Shown here: positions 56,793 through 64,000 of the stretch, one piece after another | Layout of the letters: every line of letters begins with the position of its first letter | Numbering within the stretch: position 1 is the first letter of the stretch | Source: Coleofasciculus sp. B1-GNL1-01 | GTDB taxonomy: Bacteria; Cyanobacteriota; Cyanobacteriia; Cyanobacteriales; Coleofasciculaceae | Reading direction: 5' to 3' (one strand) | Length of the DNA stretch: 64,000 bases | Assembly: GCA_040220235.1 (NCBI GenBank) | Contig: JAVJTO010000017.1 | The notes under the pieces: model-generated | What the model was told of the DNA's origin: nothing | What the model saw: only the letters and a program-made list of their open reading frames with translations | Database searches by the model: none | Made by a program: the position numbers and the translations under genes

Positions 56793-58736
56793 TTAATTTT
56801 GCCCCCCTACTTCTGACTGATCACTGTTTTCGGATGGTGACGAAGAACCCGCCGGACATTGAATAGTATTCTCCACCACTTCCGGTTGACTGGGAGGGGT
56901 TTTTGACGGTTGATTCGTTTGACAAATTTGATCACTCGTTGAGTCTCCAGTGACAAACACCGCTCCGGTATAACTCCTTAAATCCGGTTTTTTGGCTTGC
57001 GCCGTAACCAGCGCCTGCTGTTGATTCGCGGAGACGATCTGATACTGGTAAGATTCAGGTTGCGATTGCAAGGGAATTGCCAACTCCTCGAAGCTAGAGG
57101 CAAATTGTCCATGTTGTAAATAGAAAATTTGTTGGCTTTTATTCACCGAATTAATAAACGATTTTGCCTCTAATTCTCCCGCTAAATCAATCGGCGGCAA
57201 GGGTGAAGGTGTCAGGACAGTGTGAGTGGGTAAGATTGGTTGAGGTTCATTGGGAGATAGAGTAGATTTTGCCTGTTGATTCTCTGGGGTGGACTCGCTA
57301 TCCTTTGCGGTGTCTGGGGATGGAGAAGAAACCTGATTAGAAAACGGACGCTGTTGCCAATACACATAGAAAGGAGTCACCGCTACTCCAACAATCAGCA
57401 AGCCAACGACTGCTATCCATTTGGCTTTTTTCCCTTTCAGCAGATTGAGCCGATTCGACTGAATCGGTTTTTTGGCTGGAGAGAAGGATTGGGAGGGATT
57501 GGACTTGGACGCAACTGTTCCCCGGGGACTCGTCTGCGATTCATCCTTGATAATCTGCGTTGGTGCGTCCGGAGCATAATCCCATTGCGCCGTAGCATCT
57601 TGGTTATCAAGATTTGTCTCTGATGGGCGATTGTTGACGGCTGAATTTCGAGGATGTTTGCGCGATGTCGCTGCCGAATTTTCTCCGGTTCCGGTCAACG
57701 ATTGGGCAGAATTTCTCATGCCCGACTGACCCGTTGCTCCGCTAGTTTTCCTTAACATGCTAGTGGGCATATCGGTCGATTTTGACTCTGGGGTTTTCCC
57801 CCGTTGCCCAAGGGTTCCTTTGCCTGAAGGGAATGTAATGATACCCGAATTGTAATGACTTAAATTATTCAGATCAGCTAGAACTGCTGTGACGGAACGG
57901 TAACGCTGACGGAAGTCATAGCGCACCATTTTATCAATTACATAACCAAGTCCTGGGCTGATATTGAGTTGATTGCGCCAGCTAAATTCACTGGTTTCAG
58001 GGTCTTGGGGCAATTGTTTTGGGTGTGATCCGGTCAATGCTTGGAGACCAATCATTCCCACCGCATAGATATCACTGCTAAAGCGAGGTTTTCCGGCTAA
58101 TTGTTCGTTGGGCATATACCCGGCTGAACCAATGGCAATCGTCAGCGCCGTTGGTTCATGGGTTTCCACGGGTTGAGTACTGATTTGTTTAACCGCGCCA
58201 AAATCAATTAAAACAATTTTATTATCGGATTTGCGTTTGATGATATTGGCGGGTTTAAGATCCCGGTGAATCACTTGATGCTGGTGAACAAATTCCAGAA
58301 TCTTTAAAATCTCTTGTAATAGCCGAATAACAATTACTTCTTTTAATGGCTTACCCTGGGGTAAGAGTTTAGATAGACTATCACCTTCGATAAATTCTTG
58401 GACTAAATAAAATTCTTGATTTTCTTCAAAGTGAGCAAACAGTCGTGGAATTTGCTCATGGTTTCCTAATTTGTACAGAACCTCAGCTTCGGTATTGAAT
58501 AAACGTCTTGCTGTCTGCAACATCGCCGAATCAGTGGTTTTTGGCTTCAGTTGCTTGACAACACACCAAGGATGACCTGGTAATTGTTGATCTGCTGCGA
58601 GAAAGGTGGTTCCAAACCCACCAGCCCCAAGCTGACGAATAACGCGGTAGCGCCCACTAAGTATAATATCGGTCATGAGAGTTTTATCTAGGTTGTCAGC
58701 GAAAGCCATCTGATCCAACGAGACTACAAATTGCAC
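56793..58736 (-). CDS. Ser/Thr protein kinase - TM - type IV pilin-like (Pilin_GH) domain; start may be 58709 or 58676
   Basis: Intact GAGGFG, VVK, HRDLKPAN and DFG motifs; C-terminal EAKSFINSVNKSQQIFYLQHGQFASSFEEL...SYTGAVF..C...CP. Confidence 0.88.
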   Translation of the reverse strand: MQFVVSLDQMAFADNLDKTLMTDIILSGRYRVIRQLGAGGFGTTFLAADQQLPGHPWCVVKQLKPKTTDSAMLQTARRLFNTEAEVLYKLGNHEQIPRLFAHFEENQEFYLVQEFIEGDSLSKLLPQGKPLKEVIVIRLLQEILKILEFVHQHQVIHRDLKPANIIKRKSDNKIVLIDFGAVKQISTQPVETHEPTALTIAIGSAGYMPNEQLAGKPRFSSDIYAVGMIGLQALTGSHPKQLPQDPETSEFSWRNQLNISPGLGYVIDKMVRYDFRQRYRSVTAVLADLNNLSHYNSGIITFPSGKGTLGQRGKTPESKSTDMPTSMLRKTSGATGQSGMRNSAQSLTGTGENSAATSRKHPRNSAVNNRPSETNLDNQDATAQWDYAPDAPTQIIKDESQTSPRGTVASKSNPSQSFSPAKKPIQSNRLNLLKGKKAKWIAVVGLLIVGVAVTPFYVYWQQRPFSNQVSSPSPDTAKDSESTPENQQAKSTLSPNEPQPILPTHTVLTPSPLPPIDLAGELEAKSFINSVNKSQQIFYLQHGQFASSFEELAIPLQSQPESYQYQIVSANQQQALVTAQAKKPDLRSYTGAVFVTGDSTSDQICQTNQPSKTPPSQPEVVENTIQCPAGSSSPSENSDQSEVGGQN

Positions 58737-59096
58737 ATTAGTCTAACTTCATTGTCGCTGGTGATCCGGCAAGGTAACAATCAATCGGTGTTGAGTGGAT
58801 CACGAATTCCCTCCATGTTCACGCCTTTATTCACTCTATGAAATCCTAGCACCCAGCATCGGTCTAAGCGCTTTGTAAGCCAAGCGATGAGCGCTTCCTT
58901 GCTGACATTGGATTCGATAGAGTCCTGCACCCTTCCTTTTTAGGATAATCGCAATCGGGTGATCATTGAAAGGCTGACTCTATCACCAGGTCTATCACGA
59001 GTACCCGATCGAGTATTCCCAGTTTGAGCGATCGCGGTAGCGATTGGTTTGAGTTCAGCCCTTGGCTGGCAATGATCTGGATCACTGCTTTTCAGT

Positions 59097-59906
59097 TTAT
59101 CCAGAGTAACGGCTAGAGTCAGTCGAAGATTGCTGCTGATAGGCTAGATACACGGCTTCCAGAAAGACATTTGCCGTAACCTTTTGAGGCACATTTTCCA
59201 GGTCAATGATGTCTTTCACCTGACTTGCCAGTTGTCGGCTTAACGCCGTGCGGGATTGTGGTGTCATCCCTCCACGCCGTTGCAAATACTCTCGAATGAC
59301 AGCAAAATCATCGGGTAATAAGCGAGATAAATCAGCTTGAGTCTGGAGTTGATTTGCCAGAGTTGTGGCTGATTCCGATACCGAAACGTTGGCGGCGGTA
59401 AGGGGTTGTTCTTCCTGAATCACTACGGTTCCAGCAACCCAATCTCCAATCCGCTTTTCGCGTTTTCCTAAAGCGATGAAAAATACTCCCAGAAAAAATA
59501 AATCATCAACGGGTCGTAGTAAAGCCCGTAACGTGGCTTGCTGGAGTCTCGCAGGTCTGCCATCATCGCGAATGACGCGAATTTTCACATAGCGCTTTCC
59601 TGGCGTTTGCCCTTGCCATAAGGTTTCAAAGAAAACAAAGTAACCAACATAGATAAAAAATGAAATTAAGAGTTGGATAGAAACCAGCCAAAGCTCTAAT
59701 TGAGTTTCACTGCCGATTACATCTTCAATAACATCAATAAATTGAATGGATAAAAATACCCACGTAATTAGGAAAACAATTAGAATGAATCCCCAGACAA
59801 TATAGTCAATTAACAGGGCATAGGCTCGATTACCGATTCCAGCAAGCGTGAATTCCAGTTCAACACTTTCTGGGGTTTGCAGCGTAATTCGGTTAAAAAA
59901 TCGCAT
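59097..59906 (-). CDS. RDD-family membrane protein
   Basis: TPESVELEFTLAGIGNRAYALLID, GQTPGK and KRIGDWVAGT motifs. Confidence 0.9.
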   Translation of the reverse strand: MRFFNRITLQTPESVELEFTLAGIGNRAYALLIDYIVWGFILIVFLITWVFLSIQFIDVIEDVIGSETQLELWLVSIQLLISFFIYVGYFVFFETLWQGQTPGKRYVKIRVIRDDGRPARLQQATLRALLRPVDDLFFLGVFFIALGKREKRIGDWVAGTVVIQEEQPLTAANVSVSESATTLANQLQTQADLSRLLPDDFAVIREYLQRRGGMTPQSRTALSRQLASQVKDIIDLENVPQKVTANVFLEAVYLAYQQQSSTDSSRYSG

Positions 59907-59926
59907 GGCAGATAGAATTCATAAGT

Positions 59927-60865
59927 TTAGCGTAGCTGCATTCCCAAACCTTCTCGACGACTGCGGAGGTCATAGTAAACCACAGCTTTAATGGCTTGCC
60001 AGAAGGGTAAGAGCAATACACCACTTACTAATCCCAAAACATATCCCACAATCAATGAAAGTATTTGAAACCCCACTGATGTTGGATCTGCCGCTAAAAC
60101 CCTCAATAAAACCCCCTGAAGTATACTGACAATGATTTGAACAATAATATAGATAGGGATTGAAATCAAAAAGGCAACAGTTAACGTCAAGAAAACTCTC
60201 CCCACATGATTTTTAGTCAAACTCCAACTGCGTTGGATAGTTTTACTAGCCGTTATATTTTCTTCTATAGCCAAGGGAACCTCATACATAAACAACCTTG
60301 TGAAAATTCGGACAATTAAACTTAATGCTATACCGAATACTATAATCCCTATTAATCCTAAAACGACTAATATTGCCATATTATCCTGTACAGAAACCGC
60401 CAAAAATCCACCCAGAATACCCAGAACTAAAGCAATGAGATAGAACCCAATCCATATACCAAAACTTAAAAGTAAAAACAGGAGATAAGCCCGCAAAAAA
60501 ATCCAGAGTTTCGGACTGACTTGACGGCGAGCATCTCTAGCGCTTTCGGGTTGATTGGTTAATTCACAAAAGGCTAATCGTGAGATAAGTGCCGAGTTGA
60601 CCATATATTTAGCCATGCCATAAAAAAACAGGACTAAACCCGCCGGAATCAGTAGTCCTAAAATGGCTGGATTTGCCTGCTCATAAATTAACACCAGAGG
60701 AATAGGAATTAGAACAACAAATGGCAATAACGCCCACAACGTTGCTCGGAACGCGATACCAAAATAGACTTTCAGGTGATCGCGATACAGCCGCAAGCCA
60801 GCGCTAACCACATTACCCACACTCAGGGGTCCTATGGATTGGCGGGGGTTGGGATTCTGGGACAT
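59927..60865 (-). CDS. Polytopic membrane protein (GPDPase-membrane/DUF975-like)
   Basis: PLSVGNVVS, RSWSLTK and YYDLRSRREGL motifs; multiple TM helices. Confidence 0.8.
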   Translation of the reverse strand: MSQNPNPRQSIGPLSVGNVVSAGLRLYRDHLKVYFGIAFRATLWALLPFVVLIPIPLVLIYEQANPAILGLLIPAGLVLFFYGMAKYMVNSALISRLAFCELTNQPESARDARRQVSPKLWIFLRAYLLFLLLSFGIWIGFYLIALVLGILGGFLAVSVQDNMAILVVLGLIGIIVFGIALSLIVRIFTRLFMYEVPLAIEENITASKTIQRSWSLTKNHVGRVFLTLTVAFLISIPIYIIVQIIVSILQGVLLRVLAADPTSVGFQILSLIVGYVLGLVSGVLLLPFWQAIKAVVYYDLRSRREGLGMQLR

Positions 60866-60947
60866 TGGCTAAACATCTCCTGATCGGTGAAATGCTGAAT
60901 TTAAAGCTATCTTAAGCTAAGTTAGGCAGAATCTTCAGTGAAATTTC

Positions 60948-61910
60948 ATGAACATTCAACGTTGGATTGCGCGGCGGGAACCCAATTGGAAACGGTTGGA
61001 GACTCTGTTGCGGCAAGTGGAAAAAAAAGGGTTAAAGTCGTTACAGGCGGCGGAAATTCGGGAACTGGCGAGTTTATATCGTTCGGTATCGGCAGATTTA
61101 GCCCGGGCGAGAACGAACCAGGTGGGAACTCTCCTGGTGCAAGATTTACAACGGTTGACCTCTCGCGGCTATAACCAAATTTATCAAGGTTCTCGACGTC
61201 AGGAATGGCAAGCCGTGTGGCAGTTTTGTCGCTGGGGGTTTCCAGAGGTGGTGCAGCGCACTTGGGCTTACACCGCCATCGCCACAGCGATTTTTTTGGG
61301 GGCGGCGCTGGTGGCGTGGTGGTTGGCTTGGACTGATCCGGTGTTTATGTCGCTGGTGGTTCCTGATCATTTGATCGAGAAGGTGCGCGATCGCGGAGAA
61401 TTATGGATGGGTTCGATTGTGGGTATTGAACCCTTAGCCTCTAGTAATATTATGATTAACAATATCCGCGTCTCCTTCGGCGCGGTTGCGGGTGGCATTA
61501 CCGCGGGTGCCTATACAATCTTCTTGATGGCATACAACGGCTTGCATATCGGTGCTGTCGCCACGTTAGTTGGTCAAAATAACTTGGCATATCCCTTCTG
61601 GGCGTTTGTATTCCCTCATGGTTCCCTGGAACTCCCCGCCATTTTCCTCGCTGGGGGTGCCGGCTTGTTAATCGGTCGCGCAATTCTGTTTCCTGGACAA
61701 TATCGTCGGATGGATGCGATTAAAGTGTATGGGGCTCAAGCCGCCCAGTTAGTCTTTGGCATTGTGCCGATGTTAATTATGGCTGGGATTATTGAAGGCT
61801 TTTTCTCGCCGAATCCTCTGGTGCCAGATTTAATTAAATATGTGGCTGGCGTGGGACTGTTTACCCTGTTAGTCCTATACGTTACTCGTCCCTTAAGCCC
61901 TAATCTGTAA
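60948..61910 (+). CDS. SpoIIM-family (DUF95) membrane protein
   Basis: LYRSVSADLARART, IMINNIRV, PHGSLELPAI and AGIIEGFFSP motifs. Confidence 0.9.
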   Translation: MNIQRWIARREPNWKRLETLLRQVEKKGLKSLQAAEIRELASLYRSVSADLARARTNQVGTLLVQDLQRLTSRGYNQIYQGSRRQEWQAVWQFCRWGFPEVVQRTWAYTAIATAIFLGAALVAWWLAWTDPVFMSLVVPDHLIEKVRDRGELWMGSIVGIEPLASSNIMINNIRVSFGAVAGGITAGAYTIFLMAYNGLHIGAVATLVGQNNLAYPFWAFVFPHGSLELPAIFLAGGAGLLIGRAILFPGQYRRMDAIKVYGAQAAQLVFGIVPMLIMAGIIEGFFSPNPLVPDLIKYVAGVGLFTLLVLYVTRPLSPNL

Positions 61911-61945
61911 ACGTCTACCTCTGCCTTATATCGCACTACGCACAG

Positions 61946-63863
61946 TTATAATTTCCTTGCCCCTAGCCGCTGGAGTGTGGCTTTCTGGGCATCGGTTAAA
62001 CCTGTAATCTGAGTAATATTCATTCCTTGATAAGGGGGTTGAGATTTGAGGGTTTTCTGACACTCTCCTGTATTTACATCCCAAATCTTAATCGTTTCGT
62101 CAGAACTGCCAGTCGCTAGGGTTTGACCATTGGCACTCCAGGCGACGAACCCAACCCAATTGCTGTGTCCCAGTAAGGTGTTCAGGCATTCATCGGTGTG
62201 GGTGTCCCATAGCTTGACGGTTTGGTCATGAGACCCTGTAGCTAGGAGGCGTCCATCGGGATTCCACGCCACAGAGGAGATGGAATTGGTATGTCCGGAT
62301 AAGGTTTTCAGGCATTCACCCGTATGAATATCCCATACCTTTATCGTTTGGTCGGAACTGCCAGACGCCAAGGTGCGTCCGTCGGGATTCCAGGTGACTG
62401 ACCAGATGATATGGTGATGCCCAGATAAGGTTTTGAGGCATTCACCCGTATGAATATCCCATACCTTTATCGTTTGGTCGGAACTACAAGATGCTAGGGT
62501 GCGCCCATCGGGACTCCAGGCGACTGACCAGATGATATTGCTATGCCCCCGTAAAGTTTTCAGGCAATTCCCCCTGTCCGTATCCCATAGTTTTATGGTT
62601 TGGTCATAACTCCCCGACGCCACGATGCGTCCATCGGGACTCCACGCCACAGATGAGACGACACTGGAATGCCCCACCAATGTTTTCAGGCATTCACCCT
62701 TGTCCGCGTCCCACAGTTTGATGGTTTGGTCGGCGCTACCGGACGCCAGAATCGGTTTGTTGGGACTCCATACCACTGACCAAACCCAATTATTGTGTCC
62801 CTGGAGGGTTTTCAGGCACTTACCTGTCGTCGTATCCCAGAGTTTCACGGTTTTGTCGTTACTGCTACTGGCAAGGGTTTGCCCATCCTGACTCCAGGCG
62901 ACGGATAAGGCTGAATCAAGGTATCCTTGCCAGGTGTTCCAGCATTGACCCGTGCGGGTATCCCAGAGTTTCACCGTTTGGTCAGCGCTACCGGAGGCGA
63001 GGGTCTGTTTATCGGGACTCCAGGCGACGGACCAAATCCAATTCTTTTGTCCCTGAAGCGTTTTCAGACATTTCCCGGTGTGAGTATCCCACAGTTTCAC
63101 GGTTTGGTCATGAGACCCGGAGGCGAGGAGGCGTCCATCGGGATGCCATGCGATTGACCAAATCCAATCCCGGTGTCCCTGGAGGGTGTTCCGACATTCA
63201 CCGCTGCGGGTATCCCAGAGTTTGATGGTTTGGTCGGAACTGCTAGAGGCGAGGGTATATCCATCGGGATTCCAGGCGACGGACCAAATCCAATCCTGGT
63301 GTCCCTCGAGGGTGTTCAGACAGGCACCGATGTGGGTATCCCAGAGTTTGATGGTTTGGTCAGCGCTACCGGAAGCGAGATGGTGTCCCTGGGGACTCCA
63401 GGCGACTGAGCAGACGATGTGAGTATGTCCCTGCAATGTATTCAGGCATTCACCAGTGTGGGTATCCCAGAGTTTCACGGTTTGGTCATTACTGCTAGAG
63501 GCGAGAATTTGTCCATCGGGATGCCATGCCACGGATAAGACCCAATCCTGGTGTCCCTGGAGCGTTTTTAGACATTTCCCGGTGCGAGTATCCCAGAGTT
63601 TGATGGTTTTGTCGCTACTGCTAGAGGCGAGGGTTTGTCCATCGGGACTCCATGCCACTGACCAGACTAGATTACGATGTCCCTGAAGCGTTAACCAGGG
63701 TTGACCATCGCTGACGCGCCATAGACGCACGTCTGGAGTATTATCGCCTGTGGCTAACTGTTGACCATCGGGACTGAACGCGGCTGAGATAACACCGCCG
63801 AGGGTTTGGGCAAAGAGGGATTTATCCAGATGGCAATAGCTGAAATTGACGCCCGGTAAGGGG
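61946..63863 (-). pseudogene. C-terminal part of a STAND/NB-ARC-type WD40 protein (14 WD40 repeats) truncated by an IS
   Basis: Frame extends upstream of 63730 as PLPGVNFSYCHLDKSLFAQTLGGVISAAFSPDG and then hits TAG inside the IS end; C-terminal PYQGMNIT..TGLTDAQKATL..LGA. Confidence 0.8.
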
Positions 63864-64000
63864 CAGGGCTAATTCATTGTGATGAGAGAAAATTAGGACG
63901 ACCAGAATTTAGCGTAAACTAAATCTTGCAGCCATAGTTTAATCGAGTCATTTGCTTGCTATGAAGGTCAATCTCCTGGAAGCCTTAACCCAAGTGCCAG
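63864..64000 (+). mobile_element. Left end of a probable ISAs1-family IS (transposase start at 63961, runs off edge)
   Basis: Terminal CAGGGCTAATTCATT; ORF start MKVNLLEALTQVP resembles ISAs1 transposase N-termini; interrupts the WD40 frame. Confidence 0.65.

Overview
This is a chromosomal segment of a filamentous cyanobacterium. It has abundant HIP1 GCGATCGC sites, heptamer tandem repeats (STRR), GTAG-type REP-like palindromes and an acidic proteome; a Coleofasciculus-like host is an inference only. The left 44 kb is mostly conserved core: partial cysS, a COG0523 GTPase, an hglK-like RDD/pentapeptide gene, plsY-DUF3086-DUF3119-mlaE, the pilGHIJ (Hmp/tax3) chemosensory cluster with divergent hmpF, tilS-KGK-ccsA, moeZ/JAB, ycf37, rplT/rpmI and ppsA. 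Interspersed are a truncated ATPase::TPR fusion and a TPR pseudokinase. The right 20 kb holds the best candidate for an uncharacterised system: a TpsA-like haemagglutinin, an exported TPR-CHAT protease, exported DUF928, an ORFan, an HTH-AAA_35 protein, an AAA_35-adenylate cyclase-CHASE2 receptor and a kinase with an outer pilin-like domain. Paired 10-bp direct repeats lie in its divergent promoter region. The window ends with RDD/SpoIIM genes and a 14-repeat WD40 gene cut by an apparent ISAs1-type IS. Two MITE families and a likely Pho box were also found. No CRISPR array, rRNA or tRNA was seen. All domain calls come from motif recognition by eye, not database searches.
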